Source: Deltaproteobacteria bacterium
Lineage (GTDB): Bacteria; Desulfobacterota; Dissulfuribacteria; Dissulfuribacterales; DYLC01
Length of the DNA: 64,000 bases
Direction of reading: 5' to 3'
Assembly (NCBI GenBank): GCA_028695735.1
Contig: JAQVIJ010000003.1
Span: 306,246-370,245 of the forward strand
In this document: positions 49,357-57,983 of the stretch, piece by piece
How positions within the stretch are numbered: position 1 is the first letter of the stretch
Layout of the letters: every line of letters begins with the position of its first letter
Position numbers and translations under genes: made by a program
Notes under the pieces: model-generated
The model's database searches: none
Told to the model about the DNA's origin: nothing
Seen by the model: only the letters and a program-made list of their open reading frames with translations

Positions 49357-50130
49357 ATGACAACTATTCCCAAAACCGCCGAGATCATAGCCATGGCAGG
49401 CAAGGGTGGCACAGGCAAGACCACCATGTCAGCACTTTTGATCCGCTATCTCCTAAAAAGGCATTTGACGCCTGTGCTGGCAGTGGATGCCGATGCCAAT
49501 GCCAATCTGAACGAACTGCTGGGCATACCGGTGGAGGTCACTATGGGCGATATTCGCGACCGCATGAAGACCGAAACACCTCAGGGAATGACCAAGAGCG
49601 ACTTCATGGAGATGGAGTTCAACAAGGCATTGATAGAGTCCGAGGGCTTTGATCTCCTGGTCATGGGGCAGCCGCAGGGGCCTGGGTGCTATTGCATGGC
49701 CAATTCCATTCTGGCCGGTCTGATGGAGCGGCTCTCTTCCAGCTATCGCTATATGTTGGTGGACAATGAGGCAGGCATGGAGCATCTGAGCCGCTTTAAC
49801 CTGCGAAAGATAGGCCTGCTCTTTGTGGTATCGGATGCCTCGGCCCGAGGCGTCACTGCTGCGCGGCGCATAGCTGACCTCACCAAAAGCCTTGGAGTAG
49901 AGGTGGGCAAAAAGGTCTTGATAGTCAATCGTGCGCCGGATGTAATTCCAGAGGCCTTAAACGGGCACATACAGCAGAGTATAGCCGAAAGCGACCTGAT
50001 ATTCGGTGGTTATGTGCATGCAAGCCCTGAGATATTTGCCTATGAGACCTCACAGCGCTCCCTTTTGACCCTGTCAGACGATGTAAGGGCGGTGCAAGAG
50101 GCAGAGGCCATCTTTAATAAAACGCTGTAG
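49357..50130 (+). CDS. cooC: CooC-family Ni-insertion/MinD-type ATPase
   Basis: Start moved to ATG 49357 (GAGGTG RBS). P-loop AMAGKGGTGKTT and the CxC metal motif GPGCYCM. Confidence 0.75.
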   Translation: MTTIPKTAEIIAMAGKGGTGKTTMSALLIRYLLKRHLTPVLAVDADANANLNELLGIPVEVTMGDIRDRMKTETPQGMTKSDFMEMEFNKALIESEGFDLLVMGQPQGPGCYCMANSILAGLMERLSSSYRYMLVDNEAGMEHLSRFNLRKIGLLFVVSDASARGVTAARRIADLTKSLGVEVGKKVLIVNRAPDVIPEALNGHIQQSIAESDLIFGGYVHASPEIFAYETSQRSLLTLSDDVRAVQEAEAIFNKTL

Positions 50131-50152
50131 TAGTTAACACAGGAGGAAACCT

Positions 50153-53100
50153 ATGAAATGCAGTCTGTGCAGGGGGTTAAGGCCTGGCTCCATTCGGTTC
50201 AAGCTGGTGCTGGGTATGCTCATCTTCTGGTTGGCATTTGTATTGCTGTCTGCGGTCATGGGTTTTTATATGGTAAAAAGGTCACAAGAGGAACTCATTA
50301 CACAAAAACAGGCAGAGACCGTCTCCGTGCTGGCGGACGAGCTGGACATGAGGCTTGCCATGATGCATGGTCTGCTCATCGCAGAGGCAAAGGAGCTGCA
50401 AGAGGAGCCCTCCGTTCTGGCCGATGTGGAAAGGGCACAGAAGTGGCTGGACGACCATCAGGACCTGCACAGCGTGTTCGACAATCACCTGTTCATCTTT
50501 ACGCCTGAGGGAAGGCTTTTTGTGGAATCCCCCTTTATCTCTTTGGATAGAAGGGGTCTGGACCTCTCCTTTCGGGAATATATACAAAAGACCCTGGAGC
50601 TGAAGGCGCCCTATCTCTCCAACCCCTACATCACATCCCAGGCCCATCAGTCCCCTGTGGTCATGTTCACCGCCCCTGTATTTGACGAAAATGGCGGAAT
50701 AAAGGCCATTTTAGGGGGATCTTTGAACCTCTTCGGCCAAAACGGCCTGACGCATATCAGGGACATGAAAATCGGTCGCAATGGTTTTCTGGTGATTTTG
50801 TCTTCTGACCGTCGCATATTGCTGCACTCCAATCCAGCCCGCATCTTTACTATTGTGGAGCCTGGAACCCTGCCCACAGCAGATAAGGTCCTGAATTCAC
50901 ACCTTGAAGGCACCCTTTATGAGCCGGCAGGTCATGACAAAAAGGGATATATGGTGACGGTTAAGTGGCTTAAATACAAGGACTGGGTGATATTGGCCCA
51001 TCATCCCATGGAGGAGATAGAAGAGTCCATAGCTAAATATCAGCAATTCATCTTGTTGCGTGCGGTGGCGGTGCTGTTGCTGGGTATTGTAGTGATTTTG
51101 TGGCTTGTGAACCGTTTTCTTGCGCCTCTGGAGGCCTTTGCAGCCCATATTCGAGGGCTTATGGCCAAGATCGGGAAAGACCGTTATTTCCATTATACTG
51201 GCAGGGATGAGATTTCGGAGGTCTCAAGCGCCTTTAACTCCCTCATAAAAGAATTAGATGGCAGATATGAAGAGCTTCGAAAGAATCAGGAGATCTTCAA
51301 GACCCTCACCATCTTTTCCACGGATGTGATCTTTTGGCGTGACATGGCGGATAACCTCATCTACATCTCTCCCAACTGCCTTGGCCTTACCGGCTATACG
51401 GATCAGGAGTTTCATACCTATCCTGAATTGCTCATTCGTATAATCCTACCGGAAGACCTGCATCTGTGGCTTGGGCATATACACGGCAAGGGAGATGCCG
51501 TCGTATTTCGTATTCGCCATAAAAAAGGCCAAATCCTTTGGATTCGCCATGAATGCAACGCCATTCTAAATGAACAGGGCGAGCCCATTGGTTATCGTGG
51601 AAACTTTATCAACATCACCTCCCAAAAAATGGCGGAGCTGGAACTGGAAGAGCAGAAGGAACTGCTGAGGCACCTCATAGACGCATTGCCTGTGGCTGTA
51701 TGCCTGAAGGATGGTGAAGACCGTTGGCTGGTGGCCAATCAACAGACCCTCAGGCTGTTCGGCCTGCCGGAGGACCTGGACTATTTCCAGATGAATGAGG
51801 CTGAGCTGGCGGCCTTGTCTGCGCAGAGAGAGGTATTGTTGCAGCTCAAGGCCATAAATGAGGAGGCCTGGCAACATAAAGGGCTTTGGCGAGGCTATGA
51901 GGAGTTTGCTACAGCGGATGGTGTAAAACACATTTTCGATGTGTTCAAGCTTCCGGTCTTTAATGAAGACGGGAGCAGGAGATATCTGATAGTTGTTGCA
52001 GTGGATGTGACTGACCTGAAGCATACCGAGGAACGCCTGCGCCAGGCCCAGAAGATGGAGGCCGTAGGTCAGCTCGCAGGCGGCATAGCCCATGACTTCA
52101 ACAATGTCTTGATGGCCATGCAGGGCTATGCGGAACTCCTTAAAATGCGGCTTACTGACCCATTTCTTGTCAAGTTTGTGGACAACATACTGAAGGGGGC
52201 TGACAGGGCGGCTCAATTAGTGCGGCACCTCTTGGCCTTCAGCCGCAGACAGCAGTTGAAACTGGAACACCTGAATCTCAATGAGGTGATAACAGGTGTG
52301 GAGCCATTGCTCAAAAAGACCATTCGAGATGATATTGCACTTCAAATACACCTGGCTTCAGACAGGCTGCCGATTTATGCAGACCGTCTGCAGATAGAGC
52401 AGATACTCATCAATCTTGCGGCCAATGCCAGGGATGCCATGCCCAATGGCGGCAGCTTACACATCGAGACAGGACTTGCACAATTAGACGAGGCTTATTG
52501 TCAGAATTATGTGGATGTAACCCCAGGGAATTATGCAATGCTTTCGGTCTCTGACACCGGTTGCGGCATGGATGAGGATGTCAAAAATCATATCTTTGAT
52601 CCCTTCTTTACCACCAAGGAATTCGGCAAGGGTACAGGGCTTGGGCTCTCTATAGTCCATGGAATCGTTGTCCAGCACAAAGGGTTGATAAATGTGTACA
52701 GTGAAAAGGGGATAGGCACCACCTTCAAGATATATCTGCCGCTAACTCAGGAGGCTGAAACCACTCAAGCCGGGCATACGCCGCAAGAAACAAGGGCGAT
52801 CAAGGGTAGCGGCGTGATTCTGATAGCCGATGACGAGGAGATGGTAAGGGAGATCGCCACATCTGTGCTCAAGGAGGCGGGTTATGAGGTGCTGGTCGCT
52901 CGGGACGGCGAGGAGGCTGTGCATGTCTTTGAGGCCAATGCACAGCGCATTGACCTCTTGCTTCTGGATGTATTGATGCCCAGGAAAAACGGTAGGGACG
53001 CTTATGAGGAGATAAAGGCCAGGCATCCCCATATCAAGGCGGTATTTTTAAGCGGTTACAGCCAGGACCTTTTGATGAATCAGGGTAAGCTTCTAAATGG

Positions 53101-53176
53101 ATACGATTTTCTTTCAAAGCCCATTTCACCAACTGAACTGCTTCAAAAGATTCAGGCTGTGTTGACGAAGCCTTGA
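50153..53176 (+). CDS. hybrid sensor histidine kinase (Cache-like periplasmic domain, HAMP, 2 PAS, HisKA, HATPase, REC)
   Basis: 1007 aa. H-box GGIAHDFNNVLMAMQGYAEL, GTGLGLS, and receiver VILIADDEEMV..LLLLDVLMPRKNG. Confidence 0.9.
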   Translation: MKCSLCRGLRPGSIRFKLVLGMLIFWLAFVLLSAVMGFYMVKRSQEELITQKQAETVSVLADELDMRLAMMHGLLIAEAKELQEEPSVLADVERAQKWLDDHQDLHSVFDNHLFIFTPEGRLFVESPFISLDRRGLDLSFREYIQKTLELKAPYLSNPYITSQAHQSPVVMFTAPVFDENGGIKAILGGSLNLFGQNGLTHIRDMKIGRNGFLVILSSDRRILLHSNPARIFTIVEPGTLPTADKVLNSHLEGTLYEPAGHDKKGYMVTVKWLKYKDWVILAHHPMEEIEESIAKYQQFILLRAVAVLLLGIVVILWLVNRFLAPLEAFAAHIRGLMAKIGKDRYFHYTGRDEISEVSSAFNSLIKELDGRYEELRKNQEIFKTLTIFSTDVIFWRDMADNLIYISPNCLGLTGYTDQEFHTYPELLIRIILPEDLHLWLGHIHGKGDAVVFRIRHKKGQILWIRHECNAILNEQGEPIGYRGNFINITSQKMAELELEEQKELLRHLIDALPVAVCLKDGEDRWLVANQQTLRLFGLPEDLDYFQMNEAELAALSAQREVLLQLKAINEEAWQHKGLWRGYEEFATADGVKHIFDVFKLPVFNEDGSRRYLIVVAVDVTDLKHTEERLRQAQKMEAVGQLAGGIAHDFNNVLMAMQGYAELLKMRLTDPFLVKFVDNILKGADRAAQLVRHLLAFSRRQQLKLEHLNLNEVITGVEPLLKKTIRDDIALQIHLASDRLPIYADRLQIEQILINLAANARDAMPNGGSLHIETGLAQLDEAYCQNYVDVTPGNYAMLSVSDTGCGMDEDVKNHIFDPFFTTKEFGKGTGLGLSIVHGIVVQHKGLINVYSEKGIGTTFKIYLPLTQEAETTQAGHTPQETRAIKGSGVILIADDEEMVREIATSVLKEAGYEVLVARDGEEAVHVFEANAQRIDLLLLDVLMPRKNGRDAYEEIKARHPHIKAVFLSGYSQDLLMNQGKLLNGYDFLSKPISPTELLQKIQAVLTKP

Positions 53177-53187
53177 AAAATTAGGGC

Positions 53188-53868
53188 CTATGCGACCTCC
53201 AGCCTCTTTTTTAGCTCCTCCAGGCCCATCTTCTGTATGAGTTTGTCCACACGGGCCTTGAGTTTCACCTCCTGAGAGAAGATCTCGGCAAGCTTGCCCA
53301 GTATGCGGCCTGCCTCTTCGTGAGTGGTGATGCGGCACAGCTCCACTGCGGCCTTGGGCTTGGCCCCGCCGTGCCCGCCGATCATGACGATATACCCGCT
53401 CTTTATGCCCACAAACCCCAAATCCAGGCAATTTGACCAGGAACAGGCGGCAGGGCATCCGGAGACCGCCACCTTGAGTTTGGGTGGAATGGGAGTGCGG
53501 GCCAGGGCCTTATAGAGGTACTCGCCCAGGCTGAAGGTGTCTTGCAAGGCCAGTTTGCAAAAGGGTTTTCCCACGCATACGCGCGGCTGTGACAGGTCCC
53601 TGGCCTTTCTCACGGACACACCCAATTCATCCAATGCCTTGAGGGCCTTTATGCCCGCCTCTTCTTGCATGCCCAGCAACATGATCTTTTGGGCTGTGGT
53701 GATGTGAAGAATGGCCTTTGCCTCCTGGGCTATGCGAGCGATTTCAATGAGTTGCTGTGGGCTGACACAGCCGTTTAGGCATTCGATGCTCAAGGCCACG
53801 GAGCCGTCTTTTTGGGGCACCAGGCCTGGAATAGGTTTTTTTTCGGTATCTTCTGCGGTCATGATCAA
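53188..53868 (-). CDS. small nitrite/sulfite-reductase-domain protein (assimilatory-type low-MW SiR-like)
   Basis: 226 aa. Siroheme/4Fe-4S-type spacing CVGKPFC ... SGCPAAC (C-x5-C...C-x3-C). Confidence 0.55.
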   Translation of the reverse strand: MIMTAEDTEKKPIPGLVPQKDGSVALSIECLNGCVSPQQLIEIARIAQEAKAILHITTAQKIMLLGMQEEAGIKALKALDELGVSVRKARDLSQPRVCVGKPFCKLALQDTFSLGEYLYKALARTPIPPKLKVAVSGCPAACSWSNCLDLGFVGIKSGYIVMIGGHGGAKPKAAVELCRITTHEEAGRILGKLAEIFSQEVKLKARVDKLIQKMGLEELKKRLEVA

Positions 53869-53874
53869 GTCTCC

Positions 53875-54705
53875 TCAATTCATTTTATTTAAATGTCTTT
53901 TTAATTTTGGGCGTCTGCCCATTCGCAAGTATATAAAATCCTTGAGTGCCTGCAAATAGAATTCAGAGGTGGACCCAAAGAGGTTGTTTCGGCTGGGGCT
54001 TGGCACCACCTGAAACTGTGTGGCCTTGGAGCGGCTCTCCATGACCAGCCACTCCACCTGCGTAAGGGTGGTGTATTCATCCCTGGAGCTGTGCAGAAAG
54101 AGCACAGGCTTGGTGTAGGTGCGCATCTTGGCCCTGTTGGAAAAGGGGTCTTCCGATAGTTCCAATGTGTTCTTGCCCATCTTTTGAAGCAGGTCTGCCG
54201 TGTTGGCAAAACCGCTTTCCACCACGAGGCAGGCAGTGCGCTTACACATGCAGGCAGCGCTGTGAATGGCAAAGGCGGAGCCGATGGACCTGCCCATCAC
54301 TGTAAGCGGTCCATTTCGACTCCCTTGTTCCATGTGCGCCGAGACAGACTGTAAGGCATGGGTAATGGCCTCGCACATGGCCTCGATGGAGAGATGCGGG
54401 GCCTTGCGCCAGAGGGCCGAATAGTCACAATAGAAGATGCTGAAGTCCAAAAGCTTGAGGGCCTCAAAGAGGCTAAAGAGGGAGTCAAGGGTGTCATATT
54501 CCGAGGGAAGATAGAAGAGGTGTGGTTCGTTAGGGCTTCCTTCCCAATAAAAGACAGGCAGCTCAAGACAGGTCCCTTGTGCCTCTGATTTGCATGGTAA
54601 GGCCTTCCAATCAGGCATGACGATGTCTTTTTGGCCCTGAAAGAGGAATGAGATCAGGCCGTCCTCTGCGGCTTTCTGTTGTGTGGAATGGTCTAACGAT
54701 ACCAT
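53875..54705 (-). CDS. alpha/beta hydrolase
   Basis: 276 aa. Nucleophile elbow GRSIGS. Confidence 0.6.
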   Translation of the reverse strand: MVSLDHSTQQKAAEDGLISFLFQGQKDIVMPDWKALPCKSEAQGTCLELPVFYWEGSPNEPHLFYLPSEYDTLDSLFSLFEALKLLDFSIFYCDYSALWRKAPHLSIEAMCEAITHALQSVSAHMEQGSRNGPLTVMGRSIGSAFAIHSAACMCKRTACLVVESGFANTADLLQKMGKNTLELSEDPFSNRAKMRTYTKPVLFLHSSRDEYTTLTQVEWLVMESRSKATQFQVVPSPSRNNLFGSTSEFYLQALKDFIYLRMGRRPKLKRHLNKMN

Positions 54706-55100
54706 AGCCGTTTCTCCATAAATTCCTTGATGCGTCTGTTCATGAAGCGCTGTTCGAAGTCCTTGTGTTTCATGTAGTGCAGCACATGGGCCTTGAAGTT
54801 ATTGAGCATGCTGTCCCAGAGCTTGTCCCGTTCCTGCTGGTCTATAAAATTTCGTTCCTTTTTTATCTCGAAATATGTGACAGCGCCATGTTTGTCCTTG
54901 AATTCGGCAAATAACTCCGGCACTTGAGATGCATACTTACTGTCATTTCTTAAGGCCTTTGAAAAGTGTTCCTCTTTGATTTCCACCGGCACTCGCGCCA
55001 TGAAACCAACAAACCACCTGTCTCCCGCCACTTTTCTCGAATAGTCGTATATCTCTATTTCAAGACCGTTTGGAAGCACTATATTTTCCACAAGACGCAT
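54693..55100 (-). CDS. hypothetical protein
   Basis: 135 aa. No motif recognised. It overlaps the hydrolase start by 13 nt and is lower in GC than its neighbours by eye. Confidence 0.4.
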   Translation of the reverse strand: MRLVENIVLPNGLEIEIYDYSRKVAGDRWFVGFMARVPVEIKEEHFSKALRNDSKYASQVPELFAEFKDKHGAVTYFEIKKERNFIDQQERDKLWDSMLNNFKAHVLHYMKHKDFEQRFMNRRIKEFMEKRLWYR

Positions 55101-55194
55101 GGTATTTTCCTTTCAAATCTCATTGACTTGGTATGGAGTGTCCCTGTGACCACAGAAACTCACATAACCTCCTTTGATGTTATTCTACCTTTTC

Positions 55195-55473
55195 CTAAGG
55201 CTCAAACACATCCTCGATGCATTTGGCATCCAGAATCTGTTCTAACCAAATGTCCAACTGCTCAATGGAGGCATTTCGTATTTTTTCCAAATACATGGGC
55301 GCTATTTCGCCAAAACGCTTGCGCAACAGGCGCTCCAAGGCAGCGGCACGACCTTTAAGGGTGCCTTCCATAAGACCTTCTTTGCGACCTTCCTTGCGGC
55401 CTTCTTTGCGGCCTTCCATAAGACCTTCTTTTTTCCATTCGCGAGTCCAGTGAGTCACTGTCTCGGCAAGCAT
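55195..55473 (-). CDS. DUF4351-like C-terminal module of an Rpn/YhgA-type PD-(D/E)XK transposase-like protein (stand-alone remnant)
   Basis: 92 aa. EGRKEGRKEGRKEG repeat followed by LLRKRFGEI.....I......L..W. A strong SD AAAGGAGGT lies 5 nt upstream. Confidence 0.55.
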   Translation of the reverse strand: MLAETVTHWTREWKKEGLMEGRKEGRKEGRKEGLMEGTLKGRAAALERLLRKRFGEIAPMYLEKIRNASIEQLDIWLEQILDAKCIEDVFEP

Positions 55474-55487
55474 GGGGGTTACCTCCT

Positions 55488-55625
55488 TTAAATCTTGAAA
55501 TTCTGGAATGGGTTGAACAGGTGATTCACCCAGTCTCCTTTTACGAAATTTTTGAGCAGGCCTTCCACCATTTGAGGCTGGGAGAAAAATTCCTTGTAAA
55601 AGGCATCATATTTGGCGTGACTCAT
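55488..55625 (-). pseudogene. Rpn/YhgA-like N-terminal fragment (45 codons)
   Basis: Hand translation MSHAKYDAFYKEFFSQPQMVEGLLKNFVKGDWVNHLFNPFQNFKI* matches the typical N-terminus of this family. The nuclease core between it and the DUF4351 part is missing. Confidence 0.55.
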
Positions 55626-55762
55626 AAGGCCAATTTAGAGTGAAATATGGAGAAAATCAAGGTGAACCCCCACCCAATTCATCTTCACTTACCCCATCCT
55701 CCAAGAGAAAAAAAGAGAAAGAACATACACATTCCTGAACAACTTTTTTAATTAAATCTCTT

Positions 55763-55808
55763 GGGGCGGCAGTGGTGAAGCATTTGTTCCATGCGGCGCA
55801 TAACTGCC
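55763..55808 (+). repeat. half copy of the 113-bp foldback element
   Basis: GGGGCGGCAGTGGTGAAGCATTTGTTCCATGCGGCGCATAACTGCC equals the left half of 56159..56274. Confidence 0.75.
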
Positions 55809-55834
55809 AAGGAAGGAGGGGCGGTACAGACTCA

Positions 55835-56024
55835 TCGTCATTGCGAGCCTGTCTGCGTGCAACGCACAGGCAGGACGGCGATAGCCGCCGAAGTAGGGGC
55901 GACCGGCCGGTCGCCCCTACATTCTTTTGTACAGGTGATTGCTTCGCTTCGCTCGCCTTCGCGCCAAGGCCTCGGAGCGAGCACCCTTCGGGCCGAGGCC
56001 TTCAGCGCGTGGCGCAATGACAAC
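55835..56024 (+). repeat. 190-bp inverted-repeat-bounded element (MITE-like)
   Basis: Ends TCGTCATTGCGAGCC and GGCGCAATGACAAC are inverted repeats. It encloses the perfect 28-bp REP palindrome GTAGGGGCGACCGGCCGGTCGCCCCTAC (55893..55920) and a 10-bp-stem hairpin AAGGCCTCGG..CCGAGGCCTT. Confidence 0.65.
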
Positions 56025-56072
56025 CGCCTGTACCATCGCTGAAGAAAAAGGATCATTCTTCGGACAGAAAAG
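55937..56072 (+). repeat. direct repeat copy 1 (partner 56991..57152)
   Basis: Both copies share GATTGCTTCGCTTCGCTCGCC...GGCGCAATGACAAC.GCCT...CATCGCTGAAG.AAAAGGATCATTCTTC. Copy 2 has an extra internal GGCC-rich unit. Confidence 0.8.
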
Positions 56073-56158
56073 CCAGAACAAACAACAAAAGCAAGCAACA
56101 AAAGGATGTTCACATTCCTAAATAACTTTTTCATGGATATAAAAAGATATCATTTTTT

Positions 56159-56274
56159 GGGGGCGGCAGCGGTGAAGCATTTGTTCCATGCGTCGCATAA
56201 CTGCCCTCCATGGCAGTATGCGCCGCCGGCGCCCTCGTGGCGCCTATTTCACAAACACTTCACCACTGCCGCCC
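56159..56274 (+). repeat. 113-bp-class foldback element, copy B
   Basis: Outer arms GGGCGGCAGCGGTGAAGCATTTGT / ACAAACACTTCACCACTGCCGCCC, inner hairpin CGCATAACTGCC-ctccat-GGCAGTATGCG, and second hairpin GGCGCC-ctcgt-GGCGCC. Confidence 0.85.
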
Positions 56275-56559
56275 TTCTCGTCCCTGCGGAATTCCATGTC
56301 CATAACGGGTTCCCTACCCATTCCTGATGTAATCCCACTGATAACTGATTGACCTGCTGTGATGGACAACCTGGCGTTTCTGCCAATAAAAATCGCAGAA
56401 TTGGCCTTTACCATCATTATTCACTCAAGTGCAAAGGGTATGTGCTGCTTTGAAGCGTCGTTTACGGTTGGGCGTGGAGTTTCAGGAAGGGTATTAAAAA
56501 AGTTCAAGGGGTCTATGTCTTTTTTAAGCGGCTTCTGATGTAGAATGTGGAGGTGGGGA

Positions 56560-56673
56560 GGGGCGAGGGTAGCCGGTGTTTGTGGAATAGGCGCCACGAG
56601 GGCGCCGGCCCCACATCTCCGCCATGGAGGGCGGTTATGTGGGGCATGGAACAAATACCGGCTGCCCTCGCCC
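56560..56673 (-). repeat. 113-bp-class foldback element, copy C (inverted orientation)
   Basis: Same architecture as copies A and B. ORF 56547..56876 is its translation. Confidence 0.85.
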
Positions 56674-56727
56674 AGAAAAGATTAAATATGAACAGGCACA
56701 CAAACAATAAGGGCAGGCACAGCATAA

Positions 56728-56754
56728 GGGGCAGGCACAGGGGCCTGCCCCTAC
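56728..56754 (+). repeat. REP hairpin
   Basis: GGGGCAGGCACAGGGGCCTGCCCCTAC, preceded by a half copy at about 56711. Confidence 0.75.
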
Positions 56755-56782
56755 ATTTTTTGGTTAGGACGTTTCCTCTGTA

Positions 56783-56857
56783 TTACCAGTCCCCTGAGGC
56801 ACCGCCGCCGCCAAAATCTCCTCCACCGCCGAAGAAGCCGCCATCAAAACCACCTGG
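56783..56857 (-). pseudogene. C-terminal fragment of a Gly-rich-tailed (TPM/YgcG-like) protein
   Basis: Reads PGGFDGGFFGGGGDFGGGGASGDW*. It is truncated upstream by a half foldback element (56856..56901). Confidence 0.4.
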
Positions 56858-56990
56858 GCGGTTATGTGGGGCATGAAACAAATACCGGCTGCTCATCGCC
56901 CACAAAAATAAAAAACATGATGCCTCGCCCATAAAACAAAAACTATGTCATCAATCTGCCGCATACTATAATCTACAAAAAACATCTGGA

Positions 56991-57152
56991 GATTGCTTCG
57001 CTTCGCTCGCCCTCGGGCCGAGGCCTCAGCGCGAGCGCCCTTCAGGCAGAGTCCTCTGGCCGAAGCCCTCGGGCCAAGGCCTTCGGCGCGTGGCGCAATG
57101 ACAACTGCCTATGACATCGCTGAAGGAAAAGGATCATTCTTCTGAACAGAAA
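56991..57152 (+). repeat. direct repeat copy 2 (partner 55937..56072)
   Basis: See copy 1. Confidence 0.8.
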
Positions 57153-57290
57153 AAGGACACGGTCAGGCCGGACGCGCATGTAATCTTTCCCTGCAATGAC
57201 ACGTGATTTTGCAAAAAATGTAATGGATATGTAACATTACGGCTGTTATATTCCATTCAATTTTCAAAAATCCTTACAGGTGGTAAGCTT

Positions 57291-57983
57291 ATGGGCAGAC
57301 AGCGTATCTGTGTCATAGAGGACGAGGAAGACATCGCCGAACTCATTCGATTCACTCTGGAGCAAGCCAGATTCGAGACATTGATACTCCACAACGGCCT
57401 GCAGGCCCTGGAAAAAATAAAGGCATTCAAGCCTGACCTGATTCTGCTGGACCTCATGCTGCCGGATGCAGACGGCCTGGATATCTGTAAGTCCCTGAAA
57501 AAAGACACACAACTCTCCTCCATACCGGTCATAATGCTGACCGCCAAGGGCACAGAAATGGACCGCATCGTAGGATTTGAGCTGGGAGCGGACGACTACA
57601 TAGTCAAACCTTTCAGCACACGCGAGCTGGTATTGCGCATCAAGGCCATTTTGTCCCGCCTCTCCGCCACCTTCGACACATCGCCGCCTGATGTCATTCG
57701 GCAGGGCATTATTTTGATGGATGTCTCACGCCATAAGGTGCAGGTGGATGGCAAAGACATAGAACTCACGGCAACGGAATTCAATCTGCTGCACGAGTTC
57801 ATGACCAACATCGGCAGGGTGAGGACCCGGGATGTGCTGCTGGATCGCGTGTGGGGCTATTCATTTGACGGATATGCCCGCACAGTGGATACGCATATTC
57901 GCAGACTTCGCCAGAAATTGGGGCCTGCCATGGACTACATAGAGACCATACGAGGCGTGGGTTACCGTTTCAATGTTGCATGA
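57291..57983 (+). CDS. OmpR/PhoB-family response regulator
   Basis: 230 aa. Receiver ICVIEDEEDI..LILLDLMLPDADG and winged helix TVDTHIRRLRQKL..IRGVGYRF. Confidence 0.9.
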   Translation: MGRQRICVIEDEEDIAELIRFTLEQARFETLILHNGLQALEKIKAFKPDLILLDLMLPDADGLDICKSLKKDTQLSSIPVIMLTAKGTEMDRIVGFELGADDYIVKPFSTRELVLRIKAILSRLSATFDTSPPDVIRQGIILMDVSRHKVQVDGKDIELTATEFNLLHEFMTNIGRVRTRDVLLDRVWGYSFDGYARTVDTHIRRLRQKLGPAMDYIETIRGVGYRFNVA

